Source: Thermoanaerobaculia bacterium
GTDB taxonomy: Bacteria; Acidobacteriota; Thermoanaerobaculia; Multivoradales; Multivoraceae
DNA: 64,000 bases
NCBI GenBank assembly: GCA_963664405.1
Contig: OY761158.1
Span: 1,696,001-1,760,000 of the forward strand
Reading direction: 5' to 3'
Position numbers and translations under genes: made by a program. Position 1 is the stretch's first letter; each line of letters starts with the position of its first letter. Below, piece by piece: positions 19,746 through 29,586 of this stretch. Under the pieces are notes generated by a model, which saw only the letters and a list, made by a program, of their open reading frames with translations, made no database searches and had not been told where the DNA came from.

Positions 19746-20013
19746 CTAGAGGACTACCAAGTTCGACTTTTCCGCGTTGCGGACGGCATCGAAGGGCACC
19801 GCGCGGTCGAAGGTCACGAAGCGCCCTCGGTTCGCCACCGCGAGGTCGAGCAGATAGAGATCTGTGACCTGGCGGTGGCCGTGGATGCGAGTGGGGTCGA
19901 CCCGATCCGGGTCGAGAAGGCTCAGATCGCATCGCCAGAAGGCGTGATGCTCAGTCTCGGTCGCGGCTCGTAATCGCTCGATGGCGACTGCCGGAGGAAC
20001 CGGGCTCGGGTAT
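19746..20013 (-). pseudogene. vapC: C-terminal remnant of a VapC/PIN toxin
   Basis: HHAFW...GHRQVTDLYLLDLAVANRGRFVTFDR; the N-terminal PIN aspartate motif is missing. Confidence 0.7.
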
Positions 20014-20112
20014 GGGGTGCTCAACGCGGTGAGCGACCCCGAGCACGCGCTCTTCCAAAGCGAGGTCGCCCAGGAGAGAAGCTCGCCTTGTTGCATAAGC
20101 GCGCTATCCTTG

Positions 20113-21849
20113 TTTTTCAAGGCCATTCCCGTGGTCATCGACGGTCGCATGTACGTGAGCACCCCTCTCGGCCAGGTGGCGGCGATCGACGCCGCCTCGG
20201 GCAAGCCGCTGTGGAGCTACGACCCACAGAGCTGGGAGGCGGGGCGCCCGGCGAATATGGGGTTCCATCATCGCGGCGTGGCGCTCTGGCGCAAGGGCGA
20301 AAAACAACGGGTGCTGATGGCCACCCACGACCGGCGTCTGCTCTCGCTCGACGCGACAACCGGCAGGCCGGATCCCGCCTTCGGCAAGCGGGGCGCACTG
20401 GAGATGACCAGAGATCTGGGCCGCAAGGTCCTCGAGTCGCGAACCACACACAGCTCGCCGCCGGCGATCTGTCGCGACACCGTGATCGTGGGCTCGATCG
20501 TGGCCGATATGGCCACACATCAAGAGGCGCCGCCGGGCTTCGTGCGCGCCTATGATGCCGAGAGCGGCGCCCTGGCGTGGGTCTTTCACACCATCCCCCA
20601 GCAGGGAGAGGAGGGCACAGAGACCTGGGAGAACGAGTCTTGGCGCTACAGCGGCAACACCAATGTGTGGTCGATGATCACCGTCGACGAAGAGCTCGGC
20701 CTCGCCTATCTTCCGATCGGCACGCCGACGAGCGATCTCTACGGCGGTCATCGCCTCGGCGACAACCTCTACGCCGAGAGCCTGGTGGCGGTCGACTGCG
20801 AGACCGGCGAGAAGCGCTGGCACTTCCAGATCGTGCACCACGGCCTCTGGGACTACGACCTGCCACCGCCGCCGAACAGGATCGATCTGATGGTGGATGG
20901 CAAGCTCCGGAAGGTGGTGGCGCAAGCCAGCAAGCAGGCCTTCCTCTTCGTCCTCGATGCGGTGACGGGAGAGCCGCTGTGGCCGATCGAAGAGCGTCCC
21001 GTGCCTCCGAGCCAGGTGCCTGGAGAGCGCGCCTCGCCGACCCAGCCTTTCCCCACCAAGCCCGCCGCCTACGATCGCCAGGGCATCAGCGTAGACGACC
21101 TGATCGACTTCACCCCCCAGCTTCGGAAAGAAGCCCTCGAGATCGCGAGGGCGTACGAGCTGGCGCCTCTCTACACGCCGCCTCGGGTCGCGGGCAAGGG
21201 TAAGCCGGTGATCCAGCAGCCCGGTCCGGGTGGAGGCACCAACTGGACCGGCACCGCGGTCGACCCCGAAAGCGGCATGATCTACGTGCCTTCCTACGCC
21301 ACCCCGAGATCCGTTTCGCTCACCCCGCCCGACCCCAATCGATCGGATCTGCGTTACGTACCCGACGGCTGGTACGAGCACGTCGAGGGTCCTCGAGGTC
21401 TGCCGCTGGTCAAGCCGCCGTACGGACGCGTCACCGCGATCGATCTCGCTACCGGCGAGCACGTCTGGGTCGCGGCCCACGGTGAGGGGCCGCGCAACCA
21501 CCCGACGATCAAGCACTTGGGCCTGGATCGGCTGGGCTCCCCGAACCAGACAGCAGCGCCGCTGGTGACCAAGACTCTGTTGTTCGTCACCCATCGTGCC
21601 GAGAACACCACCGGCGCCGATCCCCCCACCACGGATCGACCGGCCGAGATCAGCGTTTACGACAAGAAGACCGGGGCCTACCTGGGCGGCATCGAGCTCC
21701 CCGACTCGCCCAACTCGAACCTCATCACCTACGAAGTGGGGGGTCGTCAGTATCTCGCAGTGAGCGTCGGTGGCGGAAGAGAGGCTGCCGAGACCGACAG
21801 CACTCCTGCCGGTGTGGTCGCACTCGCGCTCGCCTCCGGAAGTGATTAA
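20113..21849 (+). pseudogene. 5'-truncated PQQ glucose/quinate-dehydrogenase-like protein
   Basis: PVVIDGRMYVSTP, HHRGVA, WVFHTIP, WHFQIVHHGLWDYD, SPTQPFP, PPYGRVTAIDL. Signal peptide and N-terminus are replaced by unrelated sequence. Confidence 0.75.
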
Positions 21850-21903
21850 CAATACAAAGCTAAAGCACGCCGAGACATAGATCGGTTTAGCTCAGATCCC
21901 AAG

Positions 21904-21935
21904 GCACCGGCGGCTTCGGCCGCCGGTGTTTTTTT
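21904..21935 (+). terminator. Rho-independent terminator
   Basis: gcaccggcggc-ttcg-gccgccggtgt followed by a T run. Confidence 0.88.
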
Positions 21936-21983
21936 ATGTCTGAAGGTCACTCGACGGCCTCGACGACTGGCCCGCGCTGCTCA

Positions 21984-22403
21984 TCAACGGTCGAGGGTAC
22001 CGGGTGCTGCGATCCATTCTGTGGGCTGGCCGGTGACCTTGGCGATCCGCTCGTAGTCGTCGTCGTAGTGCAGCACCGTCAAGTTGGCGCTCTCCGCCGT
22101 CGCGGCGACAACAAGATCCACCGGCTTTGCTCCGCGATGGAGGCCGGCGCCGGCCATGAGGCCGGCGACTTGGAGGGCGCGGTTCAAGACCTCTGGAGTG
22201 ATCACTGCCTCGGGTAGCGCCAACCTTTCGCTGATGACCTCGGGAACGTCGCGAGACCGCGAGCCGTACACCACCTCGAGGTCGAGAGGGCGGCAGCTGA
22301 AGAGGCGTCCGACTTCGGCCAACTCCTGGAGCCGAGAACCGACAGCGCTCTGAGGAGCGCGCGCTAGAACAGAAGTGTCGACCAAATAACTCGGCTCAGC
22401 CAT
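21984..22403 (-). CDS. vapC: VapC PIN-domain toxin
   Basis: YLVDTSVL, DLVVAATA, LTVLHYDDDYERI; overlaps the upstream small gene. Confidence 0.88.
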   Translation of the reverse strand: MAEPSYLVDTSVLARAPQSAVGSRLQELAEVGRLFSCRPLDLEVVYGSRSRDVPEVISERLALPEAVITPEVLNRALQVAGLMAGAGLHRGAKPVDLVVAATAESANLTVLHYDDDYERIAKVTGQPTEWIAAPGTLDR

Positions 22404-22614
22404 GATCGGTCAAGCGCGGTTTACGAGCCTCCTCGATCCGATCGAGATCGAGAGAGCCCGGTCGGCGTAGACGTTCTATGTGGGCGACCGCCGTCTGACG
22501 ATCGACCACGCTGCGTAGCGCAATCTCGATCGTGGCCCGAATCGTGCCAGCCCGAGTGGCACTACGAGCCCTCTCCAGCAGCTCGTCGTCGATCTCAACC
22601 AGTCGCTTCGTCAC
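22396..22614 (-). CDS. vapB: VapB-type antitoxin
   Basis: MTKRLVEIDDELLERA RHH-like start, directly upstream of the PIN gene. Confidence 0.82.
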   Translation of the reverse strand: MTKRLVEIDDELLERARSATRAGTIRATIEIALRSVVDRQTAVAHIERLRRPGSLDLDRIEEARKPRLTDHG

Positions 22615-22620
22615 GAAGGG

Positions 22621-22652
22621 AGTATATACCTATCACCCATTAATATATACCG
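22621..22652 (-). promoter_or_regulatory. Leaderless promoter/operator of vapBC
   Basis: TATACT 6 nt before the GTG start, no SD; direct repeat ggtatata x2. Confidence 0.55.
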
Positions 22653-22779
22653 CTCAGACGAGTTAGCCGCTTTCTTACCTGGAGGCCGTATCTCTCTGAT
22701 TGAATTTATAAAGTTCAATTTACATGATACTCTCGGACACGGCTTAGTCAGCACAACCGCAGCCAAGGAGACCCCCGCC

Positions 22780-23976
22780 ACGATTCCAAGAGCCCTCAGC
22801 CCCGTTCTCAGAGACCGCGCAAGCCACTACCCCGTAGTGACCTTGACCGGTCCGCGCCAATCGGGGAAGACGACCCTGGTCAAAGAGTGCTTCGCGAGTC
22901 ACCAGTACGTCAGCTTGGAGGAGCCCGACACCCGCTCCTTTGCGCTCGAAGACCCTCGAGGGTTTCTCGGCCAGTTTCGGGAGGGCGTCGTGCTCGACGA
23001 AGTCCAGCGCACCCCGGATCTCTTCTCCTACATCCAGACGCTGGTCGATGACGATCCACGGCCGGGACGATTCGTGCTCTCCGGCTCACAGAACTTCCTG
23101 CTCTTGCGCTCGGTCGGACAGTCTCTTGCCGGCCGCTCCACCGTCCTACACCTGCTACCACTGTCTCTGAGCGAGCTGGCCCGGCGTCCCACGTTAGACC
23201 CCGATCGACTCGAGATCGAGCTCGTCGAGGATCGATCGGAGTGGGACCAACCTCTGACGGAGACACTGTTTCGCGGCTTCTACCCGAGGCTACAAACCGC
23301 CGGTTTGGACGCCACCACCTGGCTCGCCGACTACTACCAGACCTATATCGAGCGCGACGTGCGCGAGATCGTCAACGTGGGTGATCTCGATGCCTTCGGT
23401 CGCTTCATCAGATTGTGTGCGGGGCGCAACGGCCAGCTGCTGAACCTCTCTTCGCTGGCCAACGACTGCGGGATTACCCACACAACCACAAGAAGGTGGC
23501 TGTCCATTCTCGAAGCGAGCTTCGTCGTCCGCCTTCTTCGCCCACACCATGCGAACTTCTCGAAGCGGCTGATCAAGAGCCCAAAGCTCTACTTTCTGGA
23601 TTCCGGACTCTTGTGCTACCTGCTCCGAATCCGGACTGCCCAAGACCTCGAGACCCACGGGTCTCGCGGATCGGTCTTCGAGACCTTTGTCTACGCTGAG
23701 CTGGCCAAGAGTTTCCTCAACCACGGACGTGAGATCGACCTCTACTTCTGGCGCACCTCAGGGGGCCGAGAGGTCGACTTTCTGGTGCAGCGAGGCGAGG
23801 AGCTGTTGGCGATCGAGGCAAAATCGGGGCAGACCGTCGCCTCAGACTTCTTCTCCGGTCTGCTCTATTGGCGAGATCTACACGGTCACGAAGACTGGCC
23901 GGCGCTGCTGGTCACCGGCGGCGACCGCAGCTTTCGACAACGAGGGGTCGACGTCATCTCGTGGCGCCGGCTCTGA
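22780..23976 (+). CDS. AAA_14 ATPase with DUF4143 C-terminal domain
   Basis: GPRQSGKTT Walker A, LDEVQ Walker B, KSPKLYFLDSGL, FWRT...EVDF...IEAK. Homology extends up to an ACG at 22780. Confidence 0.88.
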   Translation, partial: TIPRALSPVLRDRASHYPVVTLTGPRQSGKTTLVKECFASHQYVSLEEPDTRSFALEDPRGFLGQFREGVVLDEVQRTPDLFSYIQTLVDDDPRPGRFVLSGSQNFLLLRSVGQSLAGRSTVLHLLPLSLSELARRPTLDPDRLEIELVEDRSEWDQPLTETLFRGFYPRLQTAGLDATTWLADYYQTYIERDVREIVNVGDLDAFGRFIRLCAGRNGQLLNLSSLANDCGITHTTTRRWLSILEASFVVRLLRPHHANFSKRLIKSPKLYFLDSGLLCYLLRIRTAQDLETHGSRGSVFETFVYAELAKSFLNHGREIDLYFWRTSGGREVDFLVQRGEELLAIEAKSGQTVASDFFSGLLYWRDLHGHEDWPALLVTGGDRSFRQRGVDVISWRRL

Positions 23977-24035
23977 TCGGCAGCGTCATCTCTTCGTCGA
24001 GTGAGAAGTCGGCTTGTGCTCGGACGAGCACTGAC

Positions 24036-24383
24036 TTAGCGGCGGCGCGTGAAGCGCCAGCTTTCGGCACGCTGCGCTTCGGTGAGGAAACCGTTGGCTG
24101 AGGATCTTTCGAGCTCCTGGCGCGTGTAGGCAAAGAGATCCATGCCGACGGGGAAGGACTCGGGAAGATAGTCGGCGGTCCGGTCCTGGAAGGGTTTGCT
24201 CGAGCCGGAAAGGATCAGAAGAACGTCGACGTCGCTTCCGGGCGAGTAAGTGCCGCGAGGGAAGGAGCCGAAGACCACGACCTCCTCGACCTCGGGACGA
24301 GTCTCGAGAAGTTGGCGGGCAAACTCGGCGGTCTGTCGCCGAATCGCCTCGAAGTCAATCGATTTGACGACGACAGAACTCAA
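24036..24383 (-). CDS. Minimal nucleotidyltransferase (MNT) antitoxin
   Basis: VVVFGSFPRGTYSPGSDVDVLL (GS-X10-DxD); overlaps the HEPN gene. Start approximate (TTG). Confidence 0.85.
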   Translation of the reverse strand: MSSVVVKSIDFEAIRRQTAEFARQLLETRPEVEEVVVFGSFPRGTYSPGSDVDVLLILSGSSKPFQDRTADYLPESFPVGMDLFAYTRQELERSSANGFLTEAQRAESWRFTRRR

Positions 24384-24744
24384 GAATCTCTCCCGCTGCG
24401 GCGATGGCGCGCTCAGCTTCCCCAGCGGTGTAGAAGTCGGTCGGAGCGCCCTGCTCGAGTCCGTTCGGATAACGGGTCGGAATGTAGTGCTTGTCGAGCT
24501 CCTTGGCTCGATCCGAAAGCGAGGTCTCGATTTCGACTCTGTCGCTGAGATGGCCCAAGAGAAGAGAGAGCGTGTGACCCCATGCGTCGAGATGGAGTTT
24601 CTGAAAGACGGCCTTGATCGCCTTTTCGGCGGCCTGATGACAGGCAAAGGCCGCCCAATCGTAGTCGCCGACGTCGCGAGCGTTCCTCGCATGACGGAGG
24701 TCTGCCTGCGCTTGGCGCATCCAGTCTTGCGATCTCTCGGGCAT
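24355..24744 (-). CDS. HEPN domain protein
   Basis: DWMRQAQADL, AFACHQAAEKAIKA, WGHTL, LDKHYIPTRYP. Confidence 0.88.
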   Translation of the reverse strand: MPERSQDWMRQAQADLRHARNARDVGDYDWAAFACHQAAEKAIKAVFQKLHLDAWGHTLSLLLGHLSDRVEIETSLSDRAKELDKHYIPTRYPNGLEQGAPTDFYTAGEAERAIAAAGEILEFCRRQID

Positions 24745-24879
24745 CGTGGCGAGAACCTGTGAGCGCAGCTGCACTCCGTTGATTCGCAGGTCGAGTCTAG
24801 CGCATGCTCCTCGACCGACCGGATCTCAGCGGGTCGCGCTCGAGGGCTATCGCTATGTCTGTGCTATTATGTATGAGTC

Positions 24880-25116
24880 ATGAGACGTACTACGGTGATG
24901 CTGCCAGAGGACCTGAAGGTTCGAGCGGAGCGCTACGCTCGAGAGGTGGGAGTGTCGCTGGGCGAGCTGATTCGCCGCTCTCTGGCGAGCTCGCTCAGCC
25001 AGCCAGGCTCCGTGGCCGAGGATCCGTTGTTCGCGGATGACGCGACCTACGCGGGGAGCGTACCGGCGGGCTACGCCGTCGATCACGACGACTACCTCTA
25101 CGGCGACAAGTCGTGA
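24880..25116 (+). CDS. CopG/RHH antitoxin
   Basis: MRRTTVMLPEDL...VSLGELIRRSL, C-terminal DHDDYLYG; overlaps the PIN gene. Confidence 0.82.
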   Translation: MRRTTVMLPEDLKVRAERYAREVGVSLGELIRRSLASSLSQPGSVAEDPLFADDATYAGSVPAGYAVDHDDYLYGDKS

Positions 25117-25517
25117 TCTTTGTCGACACCGGGGCCTTCTTGGCTCGGTATCTCGAGCGCGATCAACATCACGAGCGAGCCGTCGAGGGTTGGCAGCGCC
25201 TGCGCGACCACCGAGTGGCGACGACGAGTCACGTCCTCGACGAGGTCTTCACCCTGCTCGGTCGCCGGGCAGGCAACGCCTTCGCTGCGGAACGGGCGCG
25301 CAGAGTCTTGACCTCGCAGGTACTTCAGGTGGTACGGCCAGGCCTCGATGACGAGCTTGCGGCGCTGACCTTCTTCGAGAAGTTCGGCGACCAGCGGGTG
25401 AGCTTCACCGATGCCCTCTCGTTCACTGTGATGGGAAGGCTCTCGATCGAGCGGGCTTTCAGCTTCGATCGCCACTTCGCGCTAGCCGGTTTCGAGCTCT
25501 GGCCCGAGCCGAGGTGA
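25113..25517 (+). CDS. vapC: VapC PIN-domain toxin
   Basis: MIFVDTGAF, DQHH, VLDE, SFTDALSF, FSFDRHF. Confidence 0.9.
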   Translation: MIFVDTGAFLARYLERDQHHERAVEGWQRLRDHRVATTSHVLDEVFTLLGRRAGNAFAAERARRVLTSQVLQVVRPGLDDELAALTFFEKFGDQRVSFTDALSFTVMGRLSIERAFSFDRHFALAGFELWPEPR

Positions 25518-25610
25518 CCTCGCCAATGTCGACTGCGGGCCGGCAGCTCGCTCACTACCTGCTCCGTCCGCCGCTCAGTCTCAAGCGCATGTCCTGGGCA
25601 AGTTCCCGCT

Positions 25611-25776
25611 CGAGACCAGCGTTTCCAAAGTTCGTGTCGCATAGCTCGAGGTCATTCTGTTCGCTGGCCAGGCGCGCCGACGCAGGCATATTGGGCAATA
25701 TATCGAGGAGGCGCAACGCCGCCAGCGGGCCGAAGGGGCCGAGATATGTGCGCGAACTTTGGAAACGCTGGTCTAG
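25611..25776 (+). mobile_element. Palindromic ERIC/MITE-like element, arm family A, copy 1
   Basis: Inverted ends agaccagcgtttccaaagt/actttggaaacgctggtct; near-identical copies at 53827 and 54872. Confidence 0.8.
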
Positions 25777-25799
25777 GACGCTGCGGCGCCTCCCTGCTC

Positions 25800-26010
25800 T
25801 TAGCTCCACGTTTGGCGATCGAGCCAGTCGATGAGAATGCGATTCAGCTCCTCGGGCTGCTCCTGCTGGGTCCAGTGCCCACAGTCCTCGATCGTCTGCT
25901 TCTCGAGATTCCGCACCCACTTCTCCAGGCCGTCCGCTGAAGAAGGTGGCAGCACCGCATCGTCGGCGGCGCCGATATAGAGGCTCGGTTGCTCGACGTT
26001 GAAGTCGAGG
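25800..26010 (-). pseudogene. C-terminal remnant of an epoxide-hydrolase-like alpha/beta hydrolase
   Basis: VEQPSLYIGAADDAVL...CGHWTQQEQPEELNRILIDWL; no N-terminal part. Confidence 0.75.
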
Positions 26011-26094
26011 CCTTTGCTCTCCTCCCCCCAGCAGCCTCTGGCTGCTCGAGGTGCCACCCGAATAGTCTGCCGCCCGTTCCTGGTTCGCTCACAA

Positions 26095-26331
26095 GGTGTC
26101 ACCCTCTTCTCGAGGACGGCGGATGGGGCGACCAGAGTCGCTACCAGCTCCGTGTTCCCACTCGTAAGATGTTGACATTATTCGATTTAGATGGAGCCAA
26201 GATTCCTAAAGATATTCGGCTGTAGTACCGTCGGCAGCCCCAGCCCAGAGCCAAGCAGCCATCGGCCGAATGAATGTATAGCGCCGTCGAGGGATTTGCG
26301 GCCAAGCGATCAGCCCAATTGGATGATCGCG
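26095..26331 (+). repeat. Diverged intergenic direct repeat, short form
   Basis: Left part resembles 29587-29735; 28-nt exact match 26289-26316 = 30372-30399. Confidence 0.7.
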
Positions 26332-26374
26332 AACGCCCAGAATCCCGTTGGGCCTACCCCTCTACGATGGCCGA

Positions 26375-28953
26375 TCAGGAACGCAGACGCAGAGTCACGC
26401 CGTAGGTGCGGGGCGCTTCCAGGAAGACCGCGCGGCTACCCACCCGTAGCGGCGTGTTGAACGTCACGTTCCGGGTCCGCTCGTCGGTGACGTTGTCGCC
26501 CCAAAGCTCGACCGTCCAGCTGTTCGAGTAGCTCCCGAAGCCGACCCTGAGGTGCAGCTTCGTGTTGGCCTCTTGGATGTCGAAGGCCAAGTTGGGCTGG
26601 GTGCTGGTCCGGCGTTCATCCTCGTAACGGGCGTGGGCGGAGGCGAAGTAGAAGAACTTCCGCTCAATCGTGTCGTTCCAGGCCAGGCTTCCGGTGACCA
26701 CGTTCTCGGGTGCGTTGGTCAGGGGCGCACCGCACAGCGTACTGACGGTGGGAGTCTCAATCCCCAGGTCGCAGTCGACGGGATAGTTGGAGTCGGAGTA
26801 GGTATAGCCGAGGGAAAAATCGAGTCCCGCGATCGGGCGTCCGGTGAGCTCGAGCTCGAAGCCACTGCTCTCGGCCTTCGGAACGTTGAACGTCACGAAC
26901 TGCACACCGGTGAACTCGAGCACCTGAAAATCCTCGATGTCGTAGTCGAACAGCGCCAAGTTCAACCGGTAGCGTCTATCGCCGAACTCGGACTTGAGAC
27001 CAAGCTCCCAGGAGTCGATCTTCTCGGAATCGAAGCGCGGATCGCCGCCGGCCGCCGCCGCCGTCGGGTCGAGGTTGAAGCCTCCCGACTTGAAGCCGTG
27101 GTCGAAGCTGAGATAGCCGGTCGTGCGCTGGTTGAAGGAGTAGACGGCCTTGCCGGTGTAGATCGTGTCGTCATCCTCGAAGGTGTCATCGAAAGTCGCG
27201 GGCAGGATCGAGATGCCTAGCGCCGGTGTGGCGAACGGGAAACAGGCGAAGCCGGCCGAGAAGCCGCCGATGGTTGCCGCTACCACCTCGAGCCCGGTGC
27301 CGGCCGCTCCGGCGGCCAGCGCCCCGGCGTTGAACAGGGAGTTCAGGCAAGCTTGGTTGTTGCCGCCGAGCTGTCGGAAGCTCCCGTCCTTGGTCTCGTC
27401 GACGTAGCGCAGCCCGGCGACGAGATCAAAGCTCGGGCTCACGTGGAAGGTGTTGTTGGTGAACAAGGACCAGGACCGCCCATCCTGCTCGAAGAGATTC
27501 TGGGCGAACGAGCCACTGGAGTCGACGCCGCCGGCGAAGGCGAGGGCCTGGTTGTCGGCAGCCAGGATGTCTCCGAACGTACCGCCGGTCGCCATCGGGA
27601 CGCGCCCGAGCAACGGTGCCGCCGGCAGCACTGGCCCGAAAGCGAAGTTCCAGAGCATGGCGTCCATGTTCTGGGTATAGGCCGTGCCGAGACCCAAGCC
27701 CCCCTGCTCGACGATCTCTTCGTCCGAGGCGTACGCACCCAGCATCCAACTGACCCGTTCCGTGTCGCCGGTGACGCGAAGCTCGTGTGTCATCGACTGG
27801 ATGTCGTCGAAGCTCTGGAAGCCACCCGCTGCCTCCGGACGAACGGAGAATACGTCGATGCCGACGAAATCGGTGTGCTGGACGGTCTCCGCCTTGAAGT
27901 CGCGCACGGCACCGATGTAGGTGAGAGCCACATTACCGCCGAAGACGTGGTTCAGCTCCGCTGAGATGCCCCCCTGGTCGTAGGGATTCTCGAACTGCTC
28001 AGCGTTGGAGATGCGGTTCTCGAGCGCCGAAAATCCGAGACGGGGGCACCGCCATCCGCCGGCAGCCCCGCTGCTGCGAAGGAACCGACAGCCACTCCCC
28101 CACTCTCCAGGATGATCGGCGCGTCACAACAATTCTCGTCGGCGTCGGCGTAGTCCCCAATGATCCGCAGCGATGTTGCCTCACCGATGTCCCAGAGCAG
28201 CTGCCCCCGGACGAGCACGCGGTCGCGATTGCGGCTCTCGGCGCCGGTCGTGCTCCTCAGGAACCCGTCCTGCGTCCGGTAGGCGGCAGACACCCGGTAG
28301 GCCACGTCCTCGGAAAGAGTCCCGGCGGCGCCACCCTGGACGTTGGCCCCTGAGAAGTTCGCGGCGGTCAGGTTGGCGAACGCGGCAAAGCCTTCGAAGC
28401 CTGGCGCCTTGGTGCGGACGTTCAGCGCCCCGGCAGTCACGTTGCGCCCGAACAAAGTCCCTTGCGGGCCGCGCAGCACCTCGATGGCCTCGATGTCGAG
28501 CTGATCCCCCAAGGCGATCCCCGGACGGCTCAGGTACACGCCGTCCATAAAAACGCCGACGGCGCTCTCGAGGCCGATGTTGTTGCCCGTCGTGCCGACG
28601 CCGCGGATGCGAAGCGTCGTGCCCTGCGACTCCGTCTGCGTCGAGTTCATGTTGAAGCTGGGGACCAGCAGCGGTAGATCACGCAGATCCTTGACGCCCG
28701 CCCGCTCGAGCTGCGTTTCATCCAACGCCGTGATCGCGATTGGAACTTTCTGAAGCGATTCCAAGCGCTTCGTCCCCGTCACGTGCACGGTTTCGAGAAA
28801 GACAGCTTTCGGCTCCTCACGCTCCTCCCGACCGTCGACCTCGTCCGCCTGTTCCGCCTGTTCCGCCTGCGCCAGGGCCGGCGCGGCCGGCAGTTGCAGC
28901 GCCAACAGCAACAGGGGCAAGACTCGGAGCCACCACTTCATCGATGCCTTCAT
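26375..28953 (-). pseudogene. TonB-dependent receptor, split by a 1-bp frameshift near 28035
   Basis: TonB box ETVHVTG, plug IEVLRGPQGTLFGRN, GFKSGGFN, C-terminal PRTYGVTLRL. The two ORFs join if one G is added in tcg-g(g)a-ttt. Confidence 0.85.
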
Positions 28954-29221
28954 GACCTTCACCTCCACAAGTGTCCTTCTCTGGGTCCAACACGCGCCGT
29001 GGACGCTTGCTTCCCGGCGCCGCGAGCAAGCAGAGCGGGGCTCCACCGGACAAGCGATCCACCCAACTCTGATTCAGTCTGGAACTGTGTCTGGGGAGAT
29101 CGTACCAGAAACGACGTCACCACGGCCGGAGCTGGATGAGCGGCCGCGAGCGCACGCGCCTGACTCGTCCTATGGCAGTGGCCCGGAACTGCCGGGGCTT
29201 CCGGTTGGTTTGACGGTCGTG

Positions 29222-29570
29222 TTACGCCAAAGCGGACTCGAACAGGACCAGTAGTCGGCTCCATGCCCGCTCTGCCTGCGCCTCGTCGTAGACCTGGGAA
29301 TCAGGCGGACACCAGCCATGCATGGTGCCCTCGTAGACCTCGATTTCCGCCGGAATGTTCGCGGCGGCATACGCGTCACGCAGGGTGTTCTTTGCCTCGG
29401 GGGTACGCTCGTCGTCATTGCCCGCCACGCAGTGCAACATGTGGGCGGTTGTCTCCGGGATGAGCAGGTGCGGACTATCCGGGGCATCGGTAGCGAGTCC
29501 ACCGCCGTGAAACGTGGCGCCCGCGCCCAGGCGCTCCGGCACCGCAGCCACAGTGCGCATGACCCCGGCA
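29222..29570 (-). pseudogene. C-terminal remnant of a dienelactone hydrolase
   Basis: ATFHGGGL, IEVYEGTMHGWC, AERAWSRLL; the nucleophile region is absent. Confidence 0.75.
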
Positions 29571-29586
29571 GCCTTCGGCTGGGATA

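Noticed and set aside
19981-20112. N-terminus of the 622-aa ORF
   Set aside because: It is made of antisense VapC and DUF3604 fragments, with no signal peptide.
15525-21852. Long antisense ORFs (e.g. 15525-17027, 18083-19195, 20104-21852)
   Set aside because: GC-rich shadow frames of well-supported opposite-strand genes.
25514-25940. Small ORFs containing RPAFPK / NFGNAGL peptides (also near 53805 and 54799)
   Set aside because: They are translations of the palindromic elements, not genes.
26172-26200. Sigma70 promoter at TTGACA (also at 29665)
   Set aside because: No plausible -10 hexamer 16-18 nt downstream; kept only as part of the repeat.
29050-29220. Cobalamin riboswitch upstream of the TonB receptor
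   Set aside because: gccactg and gagtcagg occur on the minus strand, but the GGGAA and other core elements and their spacing are missing.
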